Made by a program: the position numbers and the translations under genes. From positions 800,001-864,000 of the forward strand of contig CAWEEQ010000004.1 in the NCBI GenBank assembly GCA_963808235.1: 64,000 bases of DNA, given 5' to 3'. The notes beneath the pieces are model-generated. The model had not been told where the DNA came from and did not search any database. It saw only the letters and a program-made list of their open reading frames with translations. Shown piece by piece: positions 48,102 through 58,002 of the stretch. The first letter of the stretch is position 1. Every line of letters starts with the position of its first letter. This DNA is from an uncultured delta proteobacterium. Its GTDB lineage: Bacteria > Desulfobacterota > Binatia > Binatales > Binataceae.

Positions 48102-49244
48102 TCAATCCAAATCGCGCTCGGTGCGCTCGACCAGGTTGCACGAATAGGTTTTTACGACTAGCCAGACCTGCGCGCCCTCGACCAGATCCAAATCGTCAAG
48201 CGCGCCCGGGGTCAGGTGAACCTCGAACCTCGCGCCGGAGTCGACAATCAGAATGACCGTGACGCCAGCGCGACGCACCGATTCCACTCGACCCTGAAAT
48301 GCGTTGCGAGCGCTGAGGCCATGCGGGCGCTCGGCGGCCACCATGATATCGCCGGCGCGAATCGCGACCCGTACTCTCGCGCCCCGCTCGGCGCGGCCCA
48401 GCGGCACTTCAAGTTCCGTGGTCCCGCCATCCAACTGGCAGAGCATCGTTCCTCGCGACTGCGCGATTGATCGCACCGTGGCGTCGAACACATTTTCGAA
48501 TCCGACTACTTGCGCGACCGTCTCATGGCGCGGCGATTTGAGCACGTCATTGGGCATCCCCTGAGCCAGAATTTTTCCGGCTTCGATCACCACGACGCGC
48601 TCGCCGAGAGTGAATGCCTCCGCGGGGGAATGGGTGACGTAGAGGATCGGAATTTCGTGCGTCGCGTTCCAGTTGCGCAGGTCGTCGAGAATCTTCGACT
48701 TGATCGTGGCGTCGAGCGCGACGAGCGGTTCGTCGAGCATCAGCAACGCGGGCGTGGTGACCAGCGCGCGCGCGAGCGCGGTGCGCTGGCGTTCGCCGCC
48801 TGAAATTTCACCGGGCTTTCGGCGCAGCAGATGCGCGATGCGAAACGACTCGAGCATCGTCATCATCCGCTCGCGCCGTTCGCGTGCGGGCAAGTTCACG
48901 ATCCCGTATTCGACGTTTTGTTCGACGGTGAGATGAGGAAAGAGCGCGAGATTCTGAAACACGTATCCAATTTCACGGCGCGGCGCCGGCATGTCGATCT
49001 TCGATCTCGAATCGAACAGCACCCGCGCCCCCACCACGATCCGGCCGGCGTCCGGCCGCTCGAACCCCGCGATACAATTCAGCAGGGTCGTCTTTCCTCC
49101 GCCCGACGGCCCGAGGATCATCGTGAAGCCCGGGCCCGCACCGAATTCCGCGTCAAGCGCGAAACCGTTCGAGAGCCTGCGCACTACTTGGATCGTAAGA
49201 TGACGACCGCAGAGATGCGCGTCGTCGCTATGCTCGCCAGCCAT
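48102..49244 (-). CDS. modC: Molybdate ABC transporter ATP-binding subunit
   Basis: GPSGGGKTT, ISGGERQR, LDEP, C-terminal TOBE (SARN). Confidence 0.92.
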   Translation of the reverse strand: MAGEHSDDAHLCGRHLTIQVVRRLSNGFALDAEFGAGPGFTMILGPSGGGKTTLLNCIAGFERPDAGRIVVGARVLFDSRSKIDMPAPRREIGYVFQNLALFPHLTVEQNVEYGIVNLPARERRERMMTMLESFRIAHLLRRKPGEISGGERQRTALARALVTTPALLMLDEPLVALDATIKSKILDDLRNWNATHEIPILYVTHSPAEAFTLGERVVVIEAGKILAQGMPNDVLKSPRHETVAQVVGFENVFDATVRSIAQSRGTMLCQLDGGTTELEVPLGRAERGARVRVAIRAGDIMVAAERPHGLSARNAFQGRVESVRRAGVTVILIVDSGARFEVHLTPGALDDLDLVEGAQVWLVVKTYSCNLVERTERDLD

Positions 49245-49279
49245 CGTTCAAACCGAAATCAAATGTATCTTAACGCGCG

Positions 49280-49957
49280 CTAACGATGCATCGGCCAGAC
49301 CGCCCAGACGCGGCGATTGAGCGCGTAGGTGATCGAAAGCGTGACGAACGAAAACGCCATCAGCAGCATCGCCATCCGGTTTGCACCCGCGTAGTCGAGC
49401 GCTTGCACGCGATCGTAAATCGCAATCGACACGGTTCTTGTTACCCCGGGGATGTTGCCGCCGACCATCAGCACGACTCCGAATTCACCGAGCGTATGCG
49501 CGAAGCTCAGCACCACGCCGGTGACGATGCCGGTTATCGACAACGGCAGCACGATTCGGAAGAAAGTGCGTATGCGCGAGGCGCCGAGGATCGACGACGC
49601 GTTGATCAGATTGCGATCGACTTGCGAAAACGCCGCCGCCATCGGCTGCACCGCAAACGGCAGGCTGTAGATCACGGACGCGATCGCGAGACCCGCGAAG
49701 GTGAATGGCAGCCCATGCCCGGACAGCGAGTTGTACCATCGGCCGAGCGGCGAATTCGAACCCATCGCGACCAGCACGTAAAATCCGAGCACCGTCGGCG
49801 GCAGCACCAGCGGCAGAGCGACGATCGATTCGACGAAGAACTTCCATCGCCAGCGCGAGAAGCTGAGCCACCACGCAATCGGCATCCCAATCACGAGCAG
49901 GATCGCGCAGACGACGATCGCCAGCCGAACGGTCAAAATGATCGCGCCCCAGTCCAT
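49280..49957 (-). CDS. modB: Molybdate ABC transporter permease
   Basis: LPLVLPPTVLGFY, FAHTLGEFGVVLMVGGNIPG. Confidence 0.93.
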   Translation of the reverse strand: MDWGAIILTVRLAIVVCAILLVIGMPIAWWLSFSRWRWKFFVESIVALPLVLPPTVLGFYVLVAMGSNSPLGRWYNSLSGHGLPFTFAGLAIASVIYSLPFAVQPMAAAFSQVDRNLINASSILGASRIRTFFRIVLPLSITGIVTGVVLSFAHTLGEFGVVLMVGGNIPGVTRTVSIAIYDRVQALDYAGANRMAMLLMAFSFVTLSITYALNRRVWAVWPMHR

Positions 49958-50761
49958 CACATTCGGTTCGGCGGTGACGGAAGCGAAAACCCGTAGCGCG
50001 CCATCACCGCGACGATCATGGCTTCCTTCAGAAAGTTTACAAATTGCACGGCGGCTGCCTTATGATGAGATGACTTCAAGACAACGCACGCCTGGATGAT
50101 CGGCGGGTAATCCGCGGAAGGAATCTCGACGTAACGCCCCTTGCTCACCATCGGCGGCGCGAGCGCGAGCGACAATGCCACGATTCCCGCGTCGGCGTTG
50201 CCGGATTGAACGAACTGCGCAGTCTGCGAGATATCCTCGCCGAGCACAAACTTGTGCTCGAGCTGATCGTAAACCGCGTCGTGTTTCATCGCCGCCACCG
50301 CGGCGCGTCCGTACGGCGCATGGCGAGGATTGGCGATCGCGATCTTTCTGACATCGGAATCGAGCAGCGCCGTAAGGCCCCTCTTTAGATCGAGCTTCGA
50401 TGCGTTCGGCACCCACAGCACGATCCGGCCCACGGCGTATTGATAGGTACTGCCCGGTTCCGTTAATCCCGCGGCTTCAAGCTTGCGCGGATACTCGATA
50501 TCCGCGGAGAAGTACAGATCGAACGGCGCTCCGTTGCTGATCTGCGAGAAAAAATTTCCAGACGAGCCGTATGAAAGCTTGAGTGTGTTTCCGGTTTGCG
50601 CTTGATAGCGGGCTGCGACGTTCCTGAAATGCAAAGGTCAGATCCGCCGCCGCGGCAACCGTGATCTCCTCGGCGCCGGCGCGGGCCGGAATCGAAATCC
50701 ATAGGCAGAGCAGAAGTGCGCCGATGTTTCGGATCGATCTCGACGCTATGATACTTGTCAT
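49957..50761 (-). pseudogene. modA: Molybdate-binding periplasmic protein, split by a +1 frameshift near 50620
   Basis: Signal peptide and VAAAADLTFAFQE in one frame; VAARY...YGSSG...GAPFD...APYG in another; total length 805 = 3n+1. Confidence 0.8.
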
Positions 50762-50917
50762 TGCGCCTGAATAATGGCACGGCTCCGAACCGGCTGGTAG
50801 AGGTGGGGCGCCGCGCCGTTCGAGCGATGGCAACAATCACGACGTTGGCGGCTTGCACGTCCCCATAAAAGAGCGGCGCCTGTTGATTCGCGGGCGCGGT
50901 TATCGTTAGTTAGGAAA

Positions 50918-51415
50918 ATGGCTGGAAACAAAATCGCGATCTTCGGCGCAGGATGCTTCTGGGGCGTGGAATCCGCTTTTCGCGGCGTTGACGGCGTAGT
51001 TGATGCGACCGTTGGCTACGCGGGTGGCACCGTCGACAAGCCTACTTATCGAGCGGTCTGTAATGGCAAGACCGGCCACGCCGAAGTCGTGCAGGTCGAG
51101 TACGATCCCGCGCGGGTATCCTTCGAGCGACTGGTCGAAGTCTTCTGGCAGATTCACGACCCGACCACGCTGAACCGGCAGGGCCCCGATATCGGCACTC
51201 AATACCGCTCCGTGATTTTCTATTCCGACGAGAACGAACGCGCAGCCGCGGAGAAATCAAAACATCGCCTCGACGAATCAGGCAAACTACCGCGCCCAAT
51301 CGTCACCCAAATCGTGCCGGCCACCAAGTTCTACCCCGCCGAGGACTACCATCAGCGCTACTACGAGCGCATGGGCATAGCCCCAAGCTGCGGAATCCGA
51401 GAACCAATCGACTGA
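50918..51415 (+). CDS. msrA: Peptide-methionine (S)-S-oxide reductase
   Basis: GCFWG, TGHAE, HDPT..NRQG.D.G.QYRS, AEDYHQ. Confidence 0.96.
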   Translation: MAGNKIAIFGAGCFWGVESAFRGVDGVVDATVGYAGGTVDKPTYRAVCNGKTGHAEVVQVEYDPARVSFERLVEVFWQIHDPTTLNRQGPDIGTQYRSVIFYSDENERAAAEKSKHRLDESGKLPRPIVTQIVPATKFYPAEDYHQRYYERMGIAPSCGIREPID

Positions 51416-51581
51416 AAGCGACCCGGGCTAGTCAGCGTTCGCGCACAGGCGCCGGTATCGCCAGACGGCCGTTTGGTTCTTTCAGTAACCATAGATCTCG
51501 ATCCAAAGATACATTTCCCCAACTGGTACGGATATCTTGATGATCGAAGGATCGCCAATTGCCGAGCGATGATTCACTGAG

Positions 51582-53561
51582 GTGGATATCAACTCGTTGA
51601 GCGAACGCCCTGAGGCGTCACGCGGCGTTGAAATTCGGGCCGCTCAAGTGGGACCACCGGCAGGCACGAACGCGCTGCGACATCTCTTCGGTCCAGTGGC
51701 ACTGGCTGCATCGATCAGCGCGATTGTCATCCTCGGAGCCTGGATCCGGCAAGGCAAACCTGCAGCTGCGCAAGATCGAGTGCGTGTCCTGCACATTGTG
51801 CCGAGTCCCGAGTCAGCCCACGAGTTGGAGGTCTTGCTCGACTATCAACTCAAGAAATATCGAGCCAACCTGGACAAGTTCACTTGGAATCTTCAGTTAA
51901 ACGCGATCATCATAGTAGTCACAATACTGCTCATCGTCCGCCGCTCTGACTCTCTGACAATCCTCGACAATTCAATTCCGCTGAGTTGGCTTCATTTCCT
52001 GGTTCCAGCGGTTCTGATTTATCTGTGGATCGGCTTTGGATTCACTTTGGGTGACCTCATATGGGGTCGAATCCACGGCTATGAATTAATAACGGCGCTT
52101 CATCGCCCCACGACGCAATACCAGAAGGAGCTATTTGAGGATGCGGGCTTCATAGATGGATGGTTTCGTACTTTCGTAGACAAAAACAAATCCGGAAACG
52201 GCGATTACACCGGAATTCAACTCAGTTTCGGCGCCATTGCGGCATTCATGGTGTTGCTGCTCGGAAACACTGTTGCGATGGCTCATGCCAGTGCGCTTGC
52301 GATATTGCCGATCGGCTGCCGCCGCTATTTGCGCACCGCATCGAATCGATGGTTGTACTGGTACTACCTCTTGCCCCTGGTTCCCTTGGCGGTCTTCCTG
52401 TCTTCACATCTCGAATTTGCGTACGGCGGAGAGAATCGCAACTGGATTCAGCTCTATATCGCCATAATGACGTTCCCGCTGATGGCGGGTCTGATGTGGC
52501 TGTCAACGATAATAGATGCCCGGTTCCATCCCGAGAGCGTCCACTGCTTGAGACGCCAGCGGCACCAAGTCTATCCCGATGCAAGCGGCGCTCTGTCGTC
52601 ACTGGAACAGATGTCTGGAGACAGAAACGAAACCACACTGCGAACCGTTTCACTGATAGGTGACAGTCTCAGTACAGGGTTTCACCTGGCGTCGCCGCCT
52701 TCTATCCTGATTCGGTTGTGGACAGCATGGAAGAAGTCCTGGTTCCTAGACGGGCCCACTCAGGATCAAGCGGGCCTTGGCATCGGCGCGCGGCTGAATG
52801 CCCTCGGCCCGATCAAGGCCGTAAGTCACGCGTCAGTGACGGCAGGTGTGGATGGCGGCAACCGCCGCACGATGCTGGATCGCGCGCTTAACCGATGGCA
52901 CTTTTCGCACCAGGTCGACGAACTTCTCGCCGGATCGTTTCCGGATATGGTTTTGATCTGGATCGGTCACAACAACGTCGATTGGAAATCGCGAACGAAT
53001 TCGTGCACGGCCGAGGCCTTCAACGATTTGTCCGATGCGTTCGCGAAATTCTATCAGGTGCAGCTAAGACGATTGCTCAAGGCGGCATTGGACAGCGGCA
53101 AACCCGTGTCAGTCGTGGTTTTCGGTCTGATCAACTTCGAAGCTTTCTTCCAGGCTCGAGCGGAAGCCGAACGGAGGAAACACGCAGATGAGCGTTTGTT
53201 TCCATATCTGGAAACTGCCTATCGGACGTTTGTCTCGATGAAGCCGGAATACCGCGAAGGAATGATCAGACTGGCGCAGCTATACAACAAGAAGTTGCGC
53301 ATCCTCTGCGGGGCGCAGAGTGAGAATCTCAAGCGAACCAACGTATCCTTGGTCTACTCCGAGGCGATGTCGCTCGCAGATATCGCTCGTTCTGAGTTTC
53401 TCTCTACGATTGACGCATGGCATCCGTCGGCCCTCGGGCGTCGAGTGCTCGCCGACTGCGCTTACCCGTCAGTTCACGAGCAAGCATGCTTTCTGGGGTG
53501 GACCAGCGGCTTGCGCGGCGTCGCTCACGCGGCGGCGCTGGGGCGCGACGACACGCTCTGA
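51582..53561 (+). CDS. Multi-pass membrane protein fused to an SGNH/GDSL hydrolase domain
   Basis: About 6 hydrophobic segments, then IGDSLS, WIGHNN, DAWHP. Confidence 0.7.
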   Translation: MDINSLSERPEASRGVEIRAAQVGPPAGTNALRHLFGPVALAASISAIVILGAWIRQGKPAAAQDRVRVLHIVPSPESAHELEVLLDYQLKKYRANLDKFTWNLQLNAIIIVVTILLIVRRSDSLTILDNSIPLSWLHFLVPAVLIYLWIGFGFTLGDLIWGRIHGYELITALHRPTTQYQKELFEDAGFIDGWFRTFVDKNKSGNGDYTGIQLSFGAIAAFMVLLLGNTVAMAHASALAILPIGCRRYLRTASNRWLYWYYLLPLVPLAVFLSSHLEFAYGGENRNWIQLYIAIMTFPLMAGLMWLSTIIDARFHPESVHCLRRQRHQVYPDASGALSSLEQMSGDRNETTLRTVSLIGDSLSTGFHLASPPSILIRLWTAWKKSWFLDGPTQDQAGLGIGARLNALGPIKAVSHASVTAGVDGGNRRTMLDRALNRWHFSHQVDELLAGSFPDMVLIWIGHNNVDWKSRTNSCTAEAFNDLSDAFAKFYQVQLRRLLKAALDSGKPVSVVVFGLINFEAFFQARAEAERRKHADERLFPYLETAYRTFVSMKPEYREGMIRLAQLYNKKLRILCGAQSENLKRTNVSLVYSEAMSLADIARSEFLSTIDAWHPSALGRRVLADCAYPSVHEQACFLGWTSGLRGVAHAAALGRDDTL

Positions 53562-54133
53562 TGCCATCGCGCGAGATTCTTCTGATCCGGCTGAATCGAA
53601 ATATTGTTGAACTTCGCGAAATCGATCACGATCATCAACGTGATGTCCGCGATCGAATATTTTTCGCCGGCGAGAAACGGACGGTTCGCGAGTTCATCGT
53701 CCAGCCATCGATAGCGCGCCTCGACCACTTTGCGGCTCTGCTCGCCGACCTCGGGAATCTGCTTGATTCGGGTCCGAGTCAGTTCATGCAGATGCGCCCA
53801 GACCATCCCGACCGGCACAAACAGCGCGAGTTCGATCCGACGATTCCACATCTCCACGGTGGCCTGCTCGAATGCGCCAGTCCCGAACAAGGCCGGCTCC
53901 GGATGAAGCACTTCGAAGTAGCGGCAGATCGCGACGCTCTCCGCGATGAGCCTGCCGTCGTCGAGCTCGAGCACCGGAATACCGCCGAGCGGATTCTTGG
54001 CCAGGAACTCGGGCTTGCGGTTAACACCTCTCATGATGTCGATTTCCTCGAGCGGCACCGTGAGTCCCTTCTCGGCCAGGAACACTCGGACGCGGCGAGG
54101 ATTGGGCGCGAGTTTGTAGTCGTAAATTTTCAT
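53525..54133 (-). CDS. Glutathione S-transferase family protein
   Basis: APNPRRVRVFLAEKG, NPLGGIPVLE, ESVAICRY, SIADIT. Confidence 0.92.
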   Translation of the reverse strand: MKIYDYKLAPNPRRVRVFLAEKGLTVPLEEIDIMRGVNRKPEFLAKNPLGGIPVLELDDGRLIAESVAICRYFEVLHPEPALFGTGAFEQATVEMWNRRIELALFVPVGMVWAHLHELTRTRIKQIPEVGEQSRKVVEARYRWLDDELANRPFLAGEKYSIADITLMIVIDFAKFNNISIQPDQKNLARWHQSVSSRPSAAA

Positions 54134-54951
54134 TCGAATCTCCGTGTTGCGAATACCGCCGCGAACAATTCGGGAAGCGCGAAGCAGTGAAACAGCGATT
54201 CTGAATGATTTTGTGGAATGCGGAAAGAGATCGCATTCAGCTCAGTGAAAAGATCAGCTGAGCGGTGGATTCAGGCGGCTCGAATCGACATAACGGCTAT
54301 GACAACGACTAGGTCGTTTCACGGCCCTGCTGATATTGCGAACAGACCGACGCGGTCGGCTACAGCAAATCGATCGGCTCGCGCTCTTGCAGCTCGCGGT
54401 CTATCGACCGGCGCGGCTTCTGGAGACCATAGTCTCCATTGAGAAATTTAAGAAGGAGGCGGCTCAGTTTTCCAGGGTGCGAGGATCTTGCCTGACCAAT
54501 CTCATGTTCCGAGTTGCGGATCGCATTTGACGTTTGTGACAGCATCCTCGCGCCCTCCCAAGTGCGTTGATACCTTTCATCCCGCCCAACAGAACCGCCC
54601 CCGCTTTAGGAGAGAGCAATCCATGTGCCATGGGCCACGGATTAATAACGCCGAGAGTAAGCGGCCCGCTCTCGCCGTCAGTCAACGGGTAGCTACAAAT
54701 TGTAGAGTCTTTGCAACACTTTGTCGCTGACGCTATCCCGTTCCTGAACCGTCATTGGCGCGCATCGGCCCGAAATCAATCGGTTCCCTCGGATGGAGCA
54801 TTCCGCGCCTCGACTAGGCCCACCGCGCGGCGTCAGGGTCGCTCGGATTGATCGGCGACCGCCCGCGGGGTCGATGCGGGGCAGAAGTGTGACGGGATTT
54901 TGCCGTGACGCCAAAAGTCCGGCGATTATCGCGAGGCCGCCGATTCGCCGC

Positions 54952-55827
54952 TTAGATTAAATCGGTGCCGGCCGGCTCGGCGATCACCTTGTTTTCGATC
55001 TGCCCGATACCGTCGATTTCGATTCGGACCACATCCCCGGCCTTCAGCCATTTTGGCGGATTCATCGCCGCTGCCACGCCGCCCGGCGTGCCGGTCGAAA
55101 TTACCGTCCCCGGCATCAGGGTGAACACGGTCGAAAGGGTTTCGACCTGGGCGTAGCAATCGAAGATTAGATTGCTGGTGTTCGAATGCTGCCGCTGTTC
55201 GCCGTTCACAAAGGTGCGCAGCTCGAGTTTGTGCGGATCGCCGAGTTCGTCGGCGGTGACGATCCACGGGCCGAAAGGTGCGTGGGTGTCGAACGACTTG
55301 CCGAGCGTCATCGTCGGCGCTTTGCGCTGCCAGTCGCGGACGCTCACGTCGTTGACGATCACGTATCCCGCGATTACTTCGTGCGCGCGATCGCGCGGCA
55401 CATGGCGGCATCGCCGGCCGATCACAAATCCGAGCTCGCCTTCGTAATCCAGCGCCGTGGACACGCGCGGCAGATGAATCGGATCGTAGGGACCGGTCAC
55501 CGAGCTCGTTTGCTTGTTGAAGAACATCGGAAACTCGGGCCGCTTCATTTTGGTTTCATCGACATGATCGGCGTAGTTGAGGCCGATCGCGAGAAACTCG
55601 GGCGGACGGCCGATCGGCGCCTCGAGCTTGACCTCCGCGAGCGGTATCCGATGCGCTGAATCTTTCGCGGCGGCGCGCGCGCGTTCGAGAGCTTGCGGAC
55701 CCGCCACCAGGAACGACGTCATCTCGCGCGGCAGGTCGGGCACCGCGGACGCGAGATCGACGATCGATTTATCGACGACGACGCCAATCCGCGTCGTGCC
55801 AGCGTGGGTAAATGTCGCGAGTTTCAT
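54952..55827 (-). CDS. Fumarylacetoacetate hydrolase family protein
   Basis: GLNYADH, DYEGEL, NDVSVRDWQ, GKSFDT, TGTPGGV. Confidence 0.93.
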   Translation of the reverse strand: MKLATFTHAGTTRIGVVVDKSIVDLASAVPDLPREMTSFLVAGPQALERARAAAKDSAHRIPLAEVKLEAPIGRPPEFLAIGLNYADHVDETKMKRPEFPMFFNKQTSSVTGPYDPIHLPRVSTALDYEGELGFVIGRRCRHVPRDRAHEVIAGYVIVNDVSVRDWQRKAPTMTLGKSFDTHAPFGPWIVTADELGDPHKLELRTFVNGEQRQHSNTSNLIFDCYAQVETLSTVFTLMPGTVISTGTPGGVAAAMNPPKWLKAGDVVRIEIDGIGQIENKVIAEPAGTDLI

Positions 55828-55845
55828 GTTTTCACGGGCTCCAGA

Positions 55846-56454
55846 TTATTGAGTGACGCCGGCCAGGCGCCGCATCATCTCGGGATCGACGCCCTTCGTC
55901 GCGTCATACTTCTTGAGCTCGGCTTCCGGAACTCCGGCGTGATAGTCGCGTGCGAGTTCGTCAGCGTTGAACGACACGCCGATCGGATTCTTCGCCATCG
56001 CGTCGCTCTGGAAAAATCCCTTCAGCTCCTCGACCGAGTCGAAGTTATCGATTTGCAGCTCGACCCGGTTGCCGTCGGGATCGCGATAATAGAGCGACGT
56101 TGTAGGGCCATGATTGATCGTCACCACCGGCATGATGCCGGCTTGCTTGAGTCGTTCGTAGGTGAAGACCAGATCGCCGAGATTGGCGTACGTGTAGGCG
56201 AGATGATCGAGGCCGACGCTGTGGCGCGGCTTATCGACCAGGCCCGGAACCGCGGCGATCGCGATCCGATGATGCTCGTCGTCGTAGGTGAGAAACGCGA
56301 GCATCCCGTTTTCGTGCACGACTTCCGCGCAGAGCACGGTGCAATACCAATCGACCATCGGCTTGAACTTGTTGGTGGCCAGCACGGCGTGCGCGAATTT
56401 GGCGGGCGCGACGCGCCGGTTTGGTTTTTCTTCAGTGCGAGATTGAGATGGCAT
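55846..56454 (-). CDS. VOC family protein (extradiol dioxygenase-related)
   Basis: AHAVL, YDDEHHRIA, GLDHLAY, NHGPTTSLYYRDPDGNRVE; AGGAGA RBS before ATG 56454. Confidence 0.85.
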   Translation of the reverse strand: MPSQSRTEEKPNRRVAPAKFAHAVLATNKFKPMVDWYCTVLCAEVVHENGMLAFLTYDDEHHRIAIAAVPGLVDKPRHSVGLDHLAYTYANLGDLVFTYERLKQAGIMPVVTINHGPTTSLYYRDPDGNRVELQIDNFDSVEELKGFFQSDAMAKNPIGVSFNADELARDYHAGVPEAELKKYDATKGVDPEMMRRLAGVTQ

Positions 56455-56699
56455 AGCGCATATCTCCTTGGCCGGATTCAAAAAGCGGCCTGTGTTGCCA
56501 TCTTGGTTATCGCAATGATTTGAGCGCACGACAATGGCTGCGATCGATTCGGGCAGGTGAGTGTGTGTGTTTCCAATCACGGTGACAGGATCTCATGGAT
56601 TTTGGGTTTTGCGAGATCGCGCTTGCTTGGTGCGTCCAGGTAGCTGCGTTGACATTGGCGGGGTGGGATTTGAGACTGTGCATCGGGAGGTGGTGATTT

Positions 56700-57878
56700 A
56701 TGGAGCGACTCTTATCCGAGCGGGCACGGCCTTATTTCGAGAAGGCGCAAGAGCTTGCGCCGATAATTCGCGGGCACGCCGATCGCGCCGAGCGCGAGGC
56801 GCAGATGCCGCGGGAGGTTGCCGATGCCTTTCATGAGGCGGGGCTGTTTCGGATTCTTTTGCCGCGCGCGATGGCCGGCGGAGAGTTGACGATTCCCGAT
56901 TCGCTGCGGATATGCGAGGAAGTTGCGCGGATCGACGGGTCGGCGGGATGGAATCTCGCCATTTGTTCGAGCAGTCCGCTGTTTGGATATAACCTGTCGC
57001 GCGCGGCGTTCGAAAAGATTTATGGCGATCCGCGCGGCGTGAGCGCCGGATCATTGAATCCCGCGACCACCCAAGTGGTTGCAGCCGAGACTGGATGGCG
57101 TTTCAGCGGGAAGGCCACCTATGCCAGCGCCTCTGCTCATGCGACCTACCTGATGGCGGCGGGGATAGTCATCCGCGACGGCGCGCCACAAATCGTCGAT
57201 GGGTTTCCGGTGATGCGTGCGGGCCTGTTTCCGATAAGAAATGCGAAAATCCTCAATACCTGGTCGACTGCCGGGATGCGCGGCACTGGCAGCAACGATT
57301 GCGTGTTCGAAAACGTGATCGTCCCCGATGAGTTCACCTTCGATTGGCTGAACGCGAAGTCGCCGTGGCAGCGGGGTCCATTCGCGAATATCCCATTGCA
57401 ACTCCAATTTGTGGGCGGCCTGGTATCGGTGGTGCTCGGGACTGCGCGACACGCTCTCGATGCGCTCAACGAAATCGCGCAAGCCAAAGTGCCGGCGGCC
57501 TCCAGGGCCACGTTGCGCGAGCGCTCGATCGCGCAGATCCAGTTCGCGCAGGCGGAAGGTCTGCTGCACGCGGCACGCGCTTACTTTTACGATTGCAACG
57601 ATGAGATCTGGCGCAAGGGCGAAGCGGGCGAGAGTTTCAGTATCGAGGATCGCGCGCATGCGCGGCTCGCAGTTGTAACGGCGGCGAAGCTGGCGGTGAA
57701 TGCGGTCGACCTGGTCGCGGATGCGGCTGGAATGAGCTCGGCGCAGACCTCATGTCCGATCGAGCGATGCTGGCGCGACGTGCATACCGCGACGCAACAC
57801 GTGCTGATGAATACGGCGCGCTTCGAAGTGGTGGGACGGGTGCTGTTCGGGCTGGATCCAGGGTCGCCGGTTATCTGA
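56700..57878 (+). CDS. Acyl-CoA dehydrogenase-fold flavin-dependent monooxygenase (HsaA/C2-like)
   Basis: GLFRILLPR..GG, DGSAGW, GMRGTGSND, ERCWRDVH. Confidence 0.85.
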   Translation: MERLLSERARPYFEKAQELAPIIRGHADRAEREAQMPREVADAFHEAGLFRILLPRAMAGGELTIPDSLRICEEVARIDGSAGWNLAICSSSPLFGYNLSRAAFEKIYGDPRGVSAGSLNPATTQVVAAETGWRFSGKATYASASAHATYLMAAGIVIRDGAPQIVDGFPVMRAGLFPIRNAKILNTWSTAGMRGTGSNDCVFENVIVPDEFTFDWLNAKSPWQRGPFANIPLQLQFVGGLVSVVLGTARHALDALNEIAQAKVPAASRATLRERSIAQIQFAQAEGLLHAARAYFYDCNDEIWRKGEAGESFSIEDRAHARLAVVTAAKLAVNAVDLVADAAGMSSAQTSCPIERCWRDVHTATQHVLMNTARFEVVGRVLFGLDPGSPVI

Positions 57879-58002
57879 GGATTCGGACCGCTACGCGCGG
57901 GGCGGCAGGGGGTGACCCCTGCACCCAGTGTCCATTCAATCGCAAAGCAGCCCACAGAGCGCGAACGCCATTTTGCTCTCGGTCTGGGGTGGGGTGGTTC
58001 GT

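Noticed and set aside
50762-50917. Moco riboswitch or ModE box upstream of modA
   Set aside because: No recognisable consensus by eye; an Infernal scan would be decisive.
54134-54951. Short ORFs or ncRNA in the 800-bp gap between GST and FAH genes
   Set aside because: No convincing RBS, motif or structure; left unannotated.
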